A stretch of 64,000 bases of DNA from an uncultured Leptospira sp. (GTDB lineage: Bacteria; Spirochaetota; UBA4802; JAGODF01), in the NCBI GenBank assembly GCA_964502925.1, contig CAZCYH010000017.1, positions 1,755 to 65,754 on the forward strand. The letters run 5' to 3'. Positions 10,243 to 20,302 of the stretch are shown piece after piece. The notes under the pieces were generated by a model. That model was given only the letters and a program-made list of their open reading frames with translations, had not been told where the DNA came from and ran no database searches. Position 1 is the first letter of the stretch. Each line of letters begins with the position of its first letter. A program made the position numbers and the translations under genes.

Positions 10243-12918
10243 TTGATAATTATGAAATTCATGACAAAAAAATTTTTTTCTTGCATTTTCCTCACAATGC
10301 TTTATAATAAAAAACTTCAGCAGGTCATTATCTGTATTGTATATATCACCCGATGTGCGTGCGTTTCCAGAATCATCCGGGTACCACTAACCCAATTTGG
10401 CGTATGTATGCTTGATAATATATTTTCAAAAAGTAAACTCACCGACGAGGTGATCGAAATTCTTCATCATATTCCCGACATGGTGATAATTGCAGGTGCG
10501 GATAAAAAAATTCTTTTTGCCAACCAGACGGCGGAACGGATGTTAGGCTCCGAAAATAATTCACTCAAAGGCAAAGACATAACCAGCGTTCTCAGCGATA
10601 AAATTTCTCAATTCCCTGAATGCCTACGGAAAGCAATCGGAACTTATAGCAATTTAGACCCCATCGATACATCACTTTTAACTTCCGACGGCCCCACTCC
10701 CGTCAATCTTTCCATAAAAAAAATTTCCGGCAAAAACAGGAAAGCTACTTTAGCCATCATCGCTCGCGATACCAGCAAAACAAAAATACTCAGCGAAGAA
10801 AAAAAGGAACGAATGCTTGCCGTAAGCGCTCTCATCGAAAGCGAGGAACGGTACCGACAGATAGTGCACACCATCGAGGACGGCTTTTTCGAAGTTGACC
10901 TTGGGGGCAATTTGACTTTTTTCAACGAAGCTCTACAGAAAATTATTGGGCATAGCGCTGAGCGTTTGCGGGGCATGAATTACCGTGAATTCATGGACGA
11001 TAAAAACGCAAAAGAGGTTTATAAATCATTTAACCGGGTCTTCCGCACTGGAATTTCCGAAAAAGCTTTCGACTGGGAGATAATTTCGGCCGACGGCAGC
11101 CGTCACATTGTCGAAACATCAATATCGCTCATTTGTCAGCACGGTGGAAAACCGAGCGGCTTTCGCGGCATCGTCCGCGACATCACCGAGCGCAAGGAAG
11201 TCGAACGAAAACTCAGGCAAAGCGAAGAGCGCCTCAAACAGAGCGAAGAGCGGTACCGATCGCTCGCGGAAAACAGTTCCGACATCATCAGCGAAGTGGA
11301 TATGGAAGCGCAATATACCTATATCAGTTCAAACGTGAAGGAAATTTTAGGTTACACCCCCAGTGAGGTTGTCGGACATCGGTTTACCGATTTCATTCAT
11401 CCCGAAGATTTGAGCAAAGCTGAACGAGTCTGGCGCGAACGCGTGCAGGATTTCACCCTTCGTTTCAGAAGCAAATCCGGTCAGTGGCGCTGGCTCGACT
11501 GCGCTTCGCGGACTTTCAGCCTCTCCGACGGCAGGGAGCGCGTCGTTACCATCTCCCGCGATGTAACCGAACGTAAGATCGAAGAAGAAAAATACCGCGA
11601 AAATGAAATGCGCCTTCGCCTTCAGCAGATGGCTCTTGCAGAACTTGCAAAGAATGAATCGCTCTACCGTGGCGACGTGCGCGCCGCGTTTGTGACTATC
11701 AACATGGTCGCCTGCCACAATCTAAATGCTACTGCTAGCAGTATCTGGCTCTTTGAAAATGAAGTAGAATTTTTTGCCCGATGCTACGATCGTTTTAATT
11801 CAAAGGATAACACGCATTCAGAAGGCGAAATAATTGATTTCTCTAAACATACAGATATTCTCAAAGTTCTGGACGCGCTCCGAATCATCGAGCTTCGCAA
11901 TGATACCGAAGAGAATTCGCATCTAAACTTCCTTCACGATTATTCCCGCATCCAAACTGTCACCATGATCGTGCTCATTTCGTTTCGCCTCGGAGGAAAT
12001 ACCATCGGGATCATCGCAATTGAAGAATGGGAAACCAGCCGCACGTGGTCGAGCGAAGAAAAGCAATTCGCGGCTTCGCTTGCGGATTTTGCTTCGCTTG
12101 CAATGGAAACACACAATCGTAAAATAGCCGAAGAATCGCTCCGGTTCAGCGAAGAGATGCTCCGCAAGCGCAACGAAATGATCGAAAAAGACCTTAAAAA
12201 CGCGCAGATCATACAAAAGGCGCTTTTGCCGAATTCCATACCGCCCGCGGAAAATATTCGCATGGAATATAAAAATTTCTCCGTGGACGCGGTGGGAGGC
12301 GATTATTTTTCGTTCACACCTTTGAAAGAAGGAGGTCTTGGAGTATTCATCGGAGATGTTTCAGGGCATGGGGTATCCGCCGCACTTTTCCTTTCGCTTT
12401 TGAAAGCAACTGCAGACCGGGCTTGTCGCCAATTCGGACAGAGCCCCAGGGAATTCATTGAATATCTCAATCGGGAACTCATCGAAACCATGCCGCACTA
12501 TTTTGTGACCGCCATATACGGATACTTCTCCAAACCAAATGCTGATGGTTCCATCAAGTTCACCTTTTCTAAAGGCGGACACCCCAATCCGATCATACAG
12601 TGGAAATCTACCGGAAAAATTGAAATGCTGCGCTGCCGGGGAACAATTTTGGGAAAATTTGATCATGCAAAATACGAAGAAATATCCCTCATACTCCAGC
12701 CGGGGGATCGTATTTTCCTCTACACCGACGGCCTACCGGAAATGACCAACCCGGAAAAACAGATGTTAGGGTTCAACGAGCTTGTTAATCTCATCGAAGA
12801 GTGCGTAAAAGACGACCTTAAAGAAACGCTCCACGCTATACTCCTCGAAGCAGACTCCTTCCGGAAAGGCGCGGATATCGAAGACGATATCGTACTCATC
12901 GGGCTCGAAGTGTTGTGA
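10243..12918 (+). CDS. Multi-PAS/GAF sensor fused to a PP2C-type (SpoIIE/RsbU-like) serine phosphatase. The true start may be the internal ATG at 10408 (MLDNIFSK).
   Basis: Repeated PAS S-box segments and a GAF-like segment. The C-terminus has PP2C motifs (GGDYFSF...FIGDVSGHGVSAALF...LYTDGLPE). Confidence 0.8.
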   Translation: MIIMKFMTKKFFSCIFLTMLYNKKLQQVIICIVYITRCACVSRIIRVPLTQFGVCMLDNIFSKSKLTDEVIEILHHIPDMVIIAGADKKILFANQTAERMLGSENNSLKGKDITSVLSDKISQFPECLRKAIGTYSNLDPIDTSLLTSDGPTPVNLSIKKISGKNRKATLAIIARDTSKTKILSEEKKERMLAVSALIESEERYRQIVHTIEDGFFEVDLGGNLTFFNEALQKIIGHSAERLRGMNYREFMDDKNAKEVYKSFNRVFRTGISEKAFDWEIISADGSRHIVETSISLICQHGGKPSGFRGIVRDITERKEVERKLRQSEERLKQSEERYRSLAENSSDIISEVDMEAQYTYISSNVKEILGYTPSEVVGHRFTDFIHPEDLSKAERVWRERVQDFTLRFRSKSGQWRWLDCASRTFSLSDGRERVVTISRDVTERKIEEEKYRENEMRLRLQQMALAELAKNESLYRGDVRAAFVTINMVACHNLNATASSIWLFENEVEFFARCYDRFNSKDNTHSEGEIIDFSKHTDILKVLDALRIIELRNDTEENSHLNFLHDYSRIQTVTMIVLISFRLGGNTIGIIAIEEWETSRTWSSEEKQFAASLADFASLAMETHNRKIAEESLRFSEEMLRKRNEMIEKDLKNAQIIQKALLPNSIPPAENIRMEYKNFSVDAVGGDYFSFTPLKEGGLGVFIGDVSGHGVSAALFLSLLKATADRACRQFGQSPREFIEYLNRELIETMPHYFVTAIYGYFSKPNADGSIKFTFSKGGHPNPIIQWKSTGKIEMLRCRGTILGKFDHAKYEEISLILQPGDRIFLYTDGLPEMTNPEKQMLGFNELVNLIEECVKDDLKETLHAILLEADSFRKGADIEDDIVLIGLEVL

Positions 12919-13305
12919 TCAATCAATGTTCGAAACATCATCCGCCGCTTCAGCCTTTTTGTCCTTTCGGTGCATTTTTTCGGACTTCATAAGCCCCGCC
13001 AAAATCTTCCTTTTTTCCTGGATTGTCTTCGAAAGTGCGCGTATGTCCTGCTGGTTGCGCCGAAGTTCTTCGCGCAGGGGCTGAAGCTTTTCTTTCATTT
13101 CTTTGCGTTCGTCGCCCTGCATATTTTCGTATTGCTTAATTATCTCCAGCATTTGAGCGCGCAATTCAAGATTTTTTCCCGAAAGCTCATGGCGTTTCTT
13201 TGCCAGCGACAGAATCTCTTCATGAAGCGAAACTATTGTAGGCCTATCCGCCAAAAGGCCTCCAGCAAGAAAAATCATAATAATAAAAAAGATTATGGTG
13301 CGCAT
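12919..13305 (-). CDS. Small secreted coiled-coil protein with a signal peptide, possibly a periplasmic stress or chaperone-like protein.
   Basis: N-terminal hydrophobic signal (MRTIIFFIIMIFLAGGLLA) followed by a highly charged helical sequence. It lies immediately downstream of the hybrid kinase gene on the same strand. Confidence 0.4.
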   Translation of the reverse strand: MRTIIFFIIMIFLAGGLLADRPTIVSLHEEILSLAKKRHELSGKNLELRAQMLEIIKQYENMQGDERKEMKEKLQPLREELRRNQQDIRALSKTIQEKRKILAGLMKSEKMHRKDKKAEAADDVSNID

Positions 13306-13428
13306 GAGATCCTCCCCTAAAGAAGTTTTCCATCATTTTACAAAATCAAAACACTACAATAAATCGCATTTTAAAAATAATCTCTGCAGCAACGGCAGGG
13401 ACATTCAACAGAAAATTTTGCGTATTCA

Positions 13429-16400
13429 TCACTCATTTTTTTTCGCCATAATCATCGCAATCGCCGATATCACGTCATCGCGTGAATACGGCTTCAAAAT
13501 GATGCCATCAAAGCCGTACTCCCCGGGGCGAGCCAACACCGGATCGCCATAATATCCGCTTGAAACGATGAGCACAGGGCGAGGCGTTATCTTGCCGAAT
13601 TCAATCGCCGCATCTTTTCCACCCATGCCACCGGGTACCGTGAGATCCATAATGACAATATCAAAAGGTTTTCCTTCCTGCAAAGAAAGTTTGAATTTTT
13701 CCAGCGCCTCCCGACCGTCGCGCGCCGTATCGCATTCATGGCCAAACGATTCGAGTATCGATGAAAGCGAATCGAGGATATACTCCTCATCATCCATAAG
13801 AAGCACACGGTATTTCGCTTCAAAAGTTTTTGCATCGTTCTTTTGATTCTCTTTTTTTTCTGCTGCTTCATACGAGGGAAGATAGACAGTAAACGTACTT
13901 CCGCTTCCGTGACGGGACTGCACGTGGATATATCCCTCGTGTTTTTTTATGATGGAATAGCAGGTGGCAAGCCCCAGGCCGTAGCCGCGATCCTTTGTAG
14001 TGAAATAAGGATCGAAAATTTTGCCGATATTTTCCTCTGAAATCCCCTCGCCCTCATCAATAAAATCAAGCCTCACATAGCGACCTTCCCTGAGTGGCAG
14101 ACCTTCCGGGGCGCGTGAATTTGAAATCATTACTTTGATTTTTCCCCCTGAGGGCATTGCCTGAATTGCGTTGATAAGCAAATTGTTGAAAACCTGGGAA
14201 ATCTGCCCGGAATCGAGCACAAGAGACCAGAGTTGCGCCTCGGGGGTTACATTGACTACCTCACAAAGGCAATTCGAACCCGTCAGCGTAAGTTCAATGC
14301 TTTCCCGAAGCAATGCCATAATCGACACCGATTTCTTAACGGGGTTGCCACCCCGTGCGAAGGTGAGAAGCTGCCGCGTCAGATTGACGGCCCTTTCCCC
14401 CGCTTTTTCAATCATCGAAATCATCCGATTGAACTTTTCATCAATTGTTTTTTTTGTCTTCAACATTGATGCGTTCGCAAGAATCGCGGTGAGAAGATTA
14501 TTGAAGTCGTGCGCGATACCTCCCGCAAGGACTCCGAGCGATTCGAGGCGGTTTATTTTGCTGATTTCCTGTTCGAGCTTTTGACGCGCCGTGATGTCGC
14601 GAAGCGCTAAAACCGCCCCGGTGATGTTTCCCGATTTATCCCGCAATGGCGCTCCGCTCAATTCCACCACAATCGATTCCCTTCCTGGCACTCCGAGCAG
14701 CATATTGCTGTTTTCGAGATGTCCCTCGGCGACGATCTCGTGCACCGGATCCACCTTCTCTGTGCTTGCATGCATCATTACGAATGAAAAAATATCCGAA
14801 AAGCGTTTGCCTTCGGCATTTTCAAGCAAGCATCCGGTGAGCCTTTCCGCGCTCGGATTCATGTACGTTATCGCACCAGAAATATCCGTGGTCACCACAG
14901 AATCTGCGATTGACCGAAGAGTGATGGAAAGCTTTTCGCGTTCTTTCGCCAGGCTGTCATTCGCTTCCAGAAGCTCATTTTGCGTGTTGACCAATTCCTC
15001 ATTGAGCGCTTCAAGTTCCTCATATTGGGAGTGTATTTCCTCGAATTGCTGGAGGATGGTCTTTTCCGCTTTCTTGAGCGTTGAAATATTTGTAACTATT
15101 AAAAGCGTTCCAGTCTTCCCTTCCGTGCTGATAGCCACGGCCGAAATGAATACGTCCACATCTTTCCCCTCTTTGCTTTTGATGCGTGCCTCGTATTGCT
15201 CCTGCGCGGCGTTTCCTTCAATCCTTGAGAGATAATTGGAAAACACCGGATTGGTCCCGTCGGGTTGTGGAGGAAATATCTGCTTAAAAATATCAACGGT
15301 ATATAACTCGCTTTCGGAATAGCCGGTCATCTCGATGAAAGACCTGTTTGCGTATCTGACTGTTTCATCTACAATCAGTAAGATTCCTTCGCGCGCGTTC
15401 TCGACAAGAGCGCGATATTTTTCCTCGGATTCCTTCAACGCGGAAAGGGCTTTTTCCCGTTCCTGCCTGAGGCGCTTGAGCTGATCGGCAACCCCAAACG
15501 ACAGAAGAAGCGCCATAATTGAAGCCCCCGCCTGATATCCCCACATGGATATTGCCCCGCTGGTAGTGAGGCCAAACGCGCGCAATGCTGTCAGCGCAGC
15601 ACCAACAATAAAAGCCGACCACGCGGACATGAGAAAGATTGCCGCACGATCTTTTTTGTACATCAGTATTGAACCGCTTATAATAAAAAACAACACGGTG
15701 ACGCCTGCAAATGCTGTCGAGACCTGAGTTGCAATGTGATACTCCCCAAAAAATGGAAACACAAGCAGCAATATATTTAGATACATGAAATATCGCGCGA
15801 ATGCATCGAACCGCGGAATCTCCGATTCCATCCGCAAAAAAGACCGGGAAAACGCCAGCGCAAAGACAACAGTGAGAAACAGAAAAAACGGGTTTGAAAT
15901 ATTCGACCATCGGATGGCGTTCGACCAGAGAAATTGAAATGAAATGCCGTTCTGTGCCATTGAAAAAAGGGTGACCGCCGCAATAAAGAGCGCAAGAAAG
16001 AGATAGCTTCTTTCACGGTACGACAGGAAAATGAAGAAATTATAGATAAAAAGCGCAAACATAATTCCATAATGCAAAAACAAAAGTGCCAGTTCGAATT
16101 GTACGCGCCAACTGAAATCTTCCGGTTCATGCGCTTCTAAGGGAACCGTGATGGAACCTTCGGATTTTACCCGAAGATAGATTGTCGATTCCCCCGGCGG
16201 CTGAATCACGGGAAAGGCGATGCTGCGGCACTTAATTTCCCTCGAAGAAAAGGGGACGCTGTCGCCTCCCTGATGGCGGATAAATCCGCGCGGTCCGGGT
16301 AGAAACACTTCCACCAGGTCGATGATGGGATAATTATACTCTAATATCCACTTCCTGCTCTGCGGAAAGGGATTGTGAACTTTCAGTCTGAACCAGAATG

Positions 16401-16695
16401 TCGAATGAGAATACCCGAAGCTCGGATATTCTTTGTTTACCGGCAAAAATTGCAGACCAATATCTTCACGTAGAATATCTTTCAATTCAAGGCGCGCGCT
16501 TTCGTCAATCAAGTATTCAAGATGAACTCCGAGAGGCTTTCCGCTAAAACCATCATTCAGGACAAACGGCTCTGGAAGAGCATGCGCCAGAAGCGGAAAG
16601 AAAACCGAAATCGAAATAACAAACACTTTCAGGCACAATCGCATGAGAAACGCGCCGTTGAATATTGCCACTTTTCTTTTTTTGTGCTCCGACAT
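13429..16695 (-). CDS. Hybrid sensor histidine kinase: 7TMR-DISM extracellular domain, 7TM region, PAS domains, HisKA, HATPase and a C-terminal receiver.
   Basis: Periplasmic N-domain and about seven TM helices. H-box GIAHDFNNLLTAI, ATPase N/G boxes and a receiver (LLMDDEE...DIVIMDLTVPGGMGG) are all present. The start may be the internal Met of the signal peptide (MRLCLKVF). Confidence 0.85.
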   Translation of the reverse strand: MSEHKKRKVAIFNGAFLMRLCLKVFVISISVFFPLLAHALPEPFVLNDGFSGKPLGVHLEYLIDESARLELKDILREDIGLQFLPVNKEYPSFGYSHSTFWFRLKVHNPFPQSRKWILEYNYPIIDLVEVFLPGPRGFIRHQGGDSVPFSSREIKCRSIAFPVIQPPGESTIYLRVKSEGSITVPLEAHEPEDFSWRVQFELALLFLHYGIMFALFIYNFFIFLSYRERSYLFLALFIAAVTLFSMAQNGISFQFLWSNAIRWSNISNPFFLFLTVVFALAFSRSFLRMESEIPRFDAFARYFMYLNILLLVFPFFGEYHIATQVSTAFAGVTVLFFIISGSILMYKKDRAAIFLMSAWSAFIVGAALTALRAFGLTTSGAISMWGYQAGASIMALLLSFGVADQLKRLRQEREKALSALKESEEKYRALVENAREGILLIVDETVRYANRSFIEMTGYSESELYTVDIFKQIFPPQPDGTNPVFSNYLSRIEGNAAQEQYEARIKSKEGKDVDVFISAVAISTEGKTGTLLIVTNISTLKKAEKTILQQFEEIHSQYEELEALNEELVNTQNELLEANDSLAKEREKLSITLRSIADSVVTTDISGAITYMNPSAERLTGCLLENAEGKRFSDIFSFVMMHASTEKVDPVHEIVAEGHLENSNMLLGVPGRESIVVELSGAPLRDKSGNITGAVLALRDITARQKLEQEISKINRLESLGVLAGGIAHDFNNLLTAILANASMLKTKKTIDEKFNRMISMIEKAGERAVNLTRQLLTFARGGNPVKKSVSIMALLRESIELTLTGSNCLCEVVNVTPEAQLWSLVLDSGQISQVFNNLLINAIQAMPSGGKIKVMISNSRAPEGLPLREGRYVRLDFIDEGEGISEENIGKIFDPYFTTKDRGYGLGLATCYSIIKKHEGYIHVQSRHGSGSTFTVYLPSYEAAEKKENQKNDAKTFEAKYRVLLMDDEEYILDSLSSILESFGHECDTARDGREALEKFKLSLQEGKPFDIVIMDLTVPGGMGGKDAAIEFGKITPRPVLIVSSGYYGDPVLARPGEYGFDGIILKPYSRDDVISAIAMIMAKKNE

Positions 16696-16752
16696 TTCAT
16701 CTCCGAACGAAGGACAATAATTCCGCTTTTGCCGAGGAATTCCTTTACAAAT

Positions 16753-17310
16753 CTACATCATGCGCGAACCAAATCTATTCTGGTGCACGATTTCCGAAAG
16801 TGGTTTTCTGGGCGGGCCTTCTTTACCAGCCACCGCGGGTTTGCCAACGGGAACAGCGACCACTACGTTATACCCGGCGGGAACATCAAGAATGCGGCGG
16901 CATTCATCATGATTCATAAAACCTACTACCACCGTTCCCAGTCCCAGATCGTGCGCGCGCAGGCACAGATTCTGCACCGCCATCCCCACATCGAACATAT
17001 GCCAGCTGTCGAACCTTGTCACTGGTGCGCCTTCTTTGTAGCCGGAGAGGCGCACTTTCGCGCACACCACAATGAGCGCTGAACACGCAAGCGAGCATTT
17101 TCGAGCAGGGTTGTTCAGCGAGTACGTTTCGGTTATTTTTTCGATGAGCGTTTTATCTCTCACCACGATGAATTCCCACGGCTGCACATTTGCCCACGAG
17201 GGCGCGAACCTCGCCGCATCGATCATTTCACGAATTTCATCATCCGAGACTAAGTAATCCGTGAATCTCCGGATGCTTCTTCTTGTAAAAATGGCTTCCT
17301 TCAATTCCAT
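16753..17310 (-). CDS. Nitroreductase family protein.
   Basis: RRSIRRF motif near the N-terminus; 185 aa with typical nitroreductase-fold features. Confidence 0.8.
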   Translation of the reverse strand: MELKEAIFTRRSIRRFTDYLVSDDEIREMIDAARFAPSWANVQPWEFIVVRDKTLIEKITETYSLNNPARKCSLACSALIVVCAKVRLSGYKEGAPVTRFDSWHMFDVGMAVQNLCLRAHDLGLGTVVVGFMNHDECRRILDVPAGYNVVVAVPVGKPAVAGKEGPPRKPLSEIVHQNRFGSRMM

Positions 17311-17353
17311 GGCTTCCTCTCAGTGAAAAAATTTTAAACTCAGCCTAATACGT

Positions 17354-18313
17354 TCACAGTACGAATTTATATATACACCTTCCTTCATAGACCCCGGTAT
17401 TGACGAAGAGGTCTCTGATGCCGGCAGGAATGAAGCGCTCCATCTCTTCAGTGAGCAACAGGTCTCCCGGCCTGGCGAATTTCTGACCTAAATGGTAGAG
17501 CGAATTTATTGAATCGGAAATAATCGTGCCGGTCTCCCCCCGGGACCGATATACCGTATTGCCCAGATGCATCGCGATCCGATACGATACTGTAAGTCCA
17601 AGCCTGCACTCCTCGGTGCTGATGATGGTGCGGTTTATCTGCATGCGCACCGCGGCAAGGACCGCCTCGCATTTTTCGCCGTCGAAAGGAATCAGCACCA
17701 GGCCGCCGAAGCCCGACCAGATCCAGACGCGACCTTTTAATGGCGCAATAGTTCTTTCAAGAAAATCATGAACGATTTGAGATCGTTCCTTTAGCTGTTT
17801 ATCGCTCGCGTTTTTTTTAAGTTCCGCTTGATTATCCATCTCGAAATACATCAGGCAGAAGGTGTATTCTTTGCCTTCGTTCACAGTGCTCCAATCGCTT
17901 CCAGATGGAATGTACGATGATGCATTCTCATTCGATGCTTCTTCCGGCACTTCAATGGTTCGAAAAGAAGCCACACGCAGAAGGCGCGAAACCGCCACGG
18001 GAGACTTTACAAATTCTGTGCCAAGATAATCCGCTCCGCCGCGGTGAAAAAGATCGGCAGGATCTTTAATTATGCCTTTGGGATCAATAATACCCCACAG
18101 AATTTGTTTTTGCTCTTCAAAGAGTTTTATTATTTTTTTTTCTTCACCGAGCTTGCCGATTGAAATATCCACATAGACCAGGGAACCCGCGGAAAGGGAT
18201 GCGATATCATTTTTCAATTTTGCGATTTCAATATACTCCACCGAAGCATCTTTTTTCTTAATTTTCGAAAAAATCGGATGTGGTTTCCCATTTCCAAAAA
18301 CATACACGCGCAT
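17354..18313 (-). CDS. Class III nucleotidyl cyclase (CHD)-like domain protein, paralog A. It has degenerate metal-binding positions and an uncharacterised N-terminal domain.
   Basis: The C-terminal 170 aa align to the cyclase-homology-domain pattern (FCLMYFEMDN...GRVWIWSGFGG...RIAMHLGNTVY...SDSINSLYHLGQ). The two canonical Asp positions are replaced by E and F. Confidence 0.4.
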   Translation of the reverse strand: MRVYVFGNGKPHPIFSKIKKKDASVEYIEIAKLKNDIASLSAGSLVYVDISIGKLGEEKKIIKLFEEQKQILWGIIDPKGIIKDPADLFHRGGADYLGTEFVKSPVAVSRLLRVASFRTIEVPEEASNENASSYIPSGSDWSTVNEGKEYTFCLMYFEMDNQAELKKNASDKQLKERSQIVHDFLERTIAPLKGRVWIWSGFGGLVLIPFDGEKCEAVLAAVRMQINRTIISTEECRLGLTVSYRIAMHLGNTVYRSRGETGTIISDSINSLYHLGQKFARPGDLLLTEEMERFIPAGIRDLFVNTGVYEGRCIYKFVL

Positions 18314-19285
18314 CTATTTTTCTCCTGCAAAGCGATAAGTGTACAGTTTCATCTTCTCCGGACTATTGATTACCTTGAATTCACAGGCAATGATGTCATC
18401 AAGGGTGGTGTATACCACCTCGCTGATCGTCAGAGAATTCGGGTTCGTATAGAGCGACTCGTACTGAATGGTTTTCCTCACCGGATCTAATTTTTTCAAT
18501 TCCTCCTCGCTGTCGCTGTAGTCGCAATTGCCGCAGTGGATAGCCAATCGCACCCGGAGCGGTTCACCCAGCCTGCAATGAAGGCGGTTGTACAGAAAAA
18601 GCTCGTGAAGAATTTCCATTCCAGAGGTGACTGCCATCTGGTTTTTATGCGAAAAATAAAACGCGATGAGCCCTCCGTCTCCTTCCCAGCTCCAGATGCG
18701 CCCGTTGCGGGAATAAATCGCGGCTTTCACGATTTCGCCGAAATCGCTGTAGGTATAATTGACCATTTCTGCACTGTATTTCCGCACGAGTTTCGAATTT
18801 CCCACAATATCGAAACGCAGGAATGTGAGGACGTATTCATAGCCCTCGCGGAGCACGCCCCAGTTGCGGGTCCTCCGCACTGACTGGTCCTCGACAAACA
18901 GCTTATTGTGCGAATCATACACGAAGCCGTGCTCACGCATTTCCTTCACGATATCGTGCAAATAGGCAATGTCGTATTGTTTTCCCATCCATCCGCGGTT
19001 TGATATTTCCACTAAAATATTCACAAATTGAGGGAAGAGTGCGGAATCGTTGATGTCGTAGATTATCTGACGCGCGGCGTCAAGGTTGGGAATTGAAATA
19101 CTGTGAGGAAATCCTGTTCTCTGGTTCAAATCATAGTTCGGAAGCAACCTTTTAACCAAATGTTCCATGGTATGGACATTCATCGACTGCGCGAGAGATC
19201 GAATTGCGATGTTTAGAAGGCTCGGTTTAACTTTCATACCATCTCCTACCCGTGCATTGCGATGATGCAAACGGGCAAATACCAT
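18314..19285 (-). CDS. Class III nucleotidyl cyclase (CHD)-like domain protein, paralog B. It retains both putative metal-binding Asp residues.
   Basis: Clear paralog of 17354..18313 (FLRFDIVGNS...GRIWSWEGDGG...RLAIHCGNCDY). The stop of B abuts the start of A. Confidence 0.4.
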   Translation of the reverse strand: MVFARLHHRNARVGDGMKVKPSLLNIAIRSLAQSMNVHTMEHLVKRLLPNYDLNQRTGFPHSISIPNLDAARQIIYDINDSALFPQFVNILVEISNRGWMGKQYDIAYLHDIVKEMREHGFVYDSHNKLFVEDQSVRRTRNWGVLREGYEYVLTFLRFDIVGNSKLVRKYSAEMVNYTYSDFGEIVKAAIYSRNGRIWSWEGDGGLIAFYFSHKNQMAVTSGMEILHELFLYNRLHCRLGEPLRVRLAIHCGNCDYSDSEEELKKLDPVRKTIQYESLYTNPNSLTISEVVYTTLDDIIACEFKVINSPEKMKLYTYRFAGEK

Positions 19286-19363
19286 GTCAAGGATTAATCA
19301 TATTATACCACTATGAAAGTATTTTTGTTGATACACACACATGAATACTCGTACAATGGCCGT

Positions 19364-20248
19364 ATGAAATCCGTACTGTACCTCTTTGCATGTTTGATAA
19401 TTATTCCTGCGCTACTGGCGCAACCAACCTTCGCATCAGAGTTCATGCTGGCCGATCCGAATATCGCTTTAACATGCATCGAGTATTCCGGCACGCCCGC
19501 GGCGAAAATTGGCGATCTCTTCCGCTGGGGAAATATCAGCATCGGGGGATTCCTGCAATCTCGAAACGAGGAGCGCTTCCACCAGGGCGCGCTGCCGAAT
19601 CACAACTGGCGGGGATTTGCGTTTTTGAATTATACCTATTCTCTTCCGGCATGGGGATCTTTTTCTCCTGCGCTGATTATGGGCGTTGAACATGAAAGCG
19701 CGCACCCAAGCGGCGGTTTTTACGAAAATAACGATGAAGCCTATGAGATGATATATGATGGCCTCTACCGCAACATCAATATGAATTCAATTCGCCTATC
19801 GCCGATGTTGAGCCTCTTCAACGGCATAGCACACCTGCGGTTGGACTATCAGCTCTATCTGTTCTCGAAAAATACTCCCGAGTTGCACGATACCGCGCTT
19901 GCTCACGGGAACGGCCTTTCAGGGGGATTCGACGGCATATTCCCGCTCTCGCAGGACTACGCATTTTTCATCTCGGCGTTTTTCCGATATATTTTTACAA
20001 GCAGTGCGCGCAGAAGCGACTGGATTTACCATAATCATAACGGCACCGTGGTGCAAATATATGAGGAGTATCCCGTAATAAATTCCGTACACACTATTTC
20101 TCTTAAAGCAGGCATAATAGTCCCGCACATCGCGCAGAGAAGAACGCTTTCTCTGTTTGCGCGCCTTTTGCACGGCAATCCATACGGGTTTATCGACAGT
20201 CGGGAAAACCGCTTCGTGATTGCGGTGGGGGTGGAGTTGATGCACTAA
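19364..20248 (+). CDS. Secreted hypothetical protein with a signal peptide, possibly an outer-membrane beta-barrel. Start chosen at MKSVLYLF.
   Basis: Signal peptide MKSVLYLFACLIIIPALLAQPTFA. Rich in aromatic and Gly residues. The HES-containing segment GVEHESAHPSGG weakly resembles the OMPLA active-site region; this is not conclusive. Confidence 0.45.
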   Translation: MKSVLYLFACLIIIPALLAQPTFASEFMLADPNIALTCIEYSGTPAAKIGDLFRWGNISIGGFLQSRNEERFHQGALPNHNWRGFAFLNYTYSLPAWGSFSPALIMGVEHESAHPSGGFYENNDEAYEMIYDGLYRNINMNSIRLSPMLSLFNGIAHLRLDYQLYLFSKNTPELHDTALAHGNGLSGGFDGIFPLSQDYAFFISAFFRYIFTSSARRSDWIYHNHNGTVVQIYEEYPVINSVHTISLKAGIIVPHIAQRRTLSLFARLLHGNPYGFIDSRENRFVIAVGVELMH

Positions 20249-20277
20249 AAAACCGCCCCTTCCGAGGCGGCTTTTAC
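20247..20277 (+). terminator. Rho-independent terminator between convergent genes.
   Basis: aaaaaaccgcccc-ttcc-gaggcggctttt. Confidence 0.6.
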
Positions 20278-20302
20278 CGTAAGAGTGGTTAATCTGTGTG
20301 TA

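Noticed and set aside
17354-19285. The tandem cyclase-like genes as a Pycsar/CBASS-type anti-phage operon.
   Set aside because: No cyclic-nucleotide-binding effector (TM, TIR, nuclease or other) is encoded adjacent. The neighbours are a nitroreductase and a secreted protein, and the catalytic motifs are diverged. I kept them only as putative signalling cyclase-like proteins.
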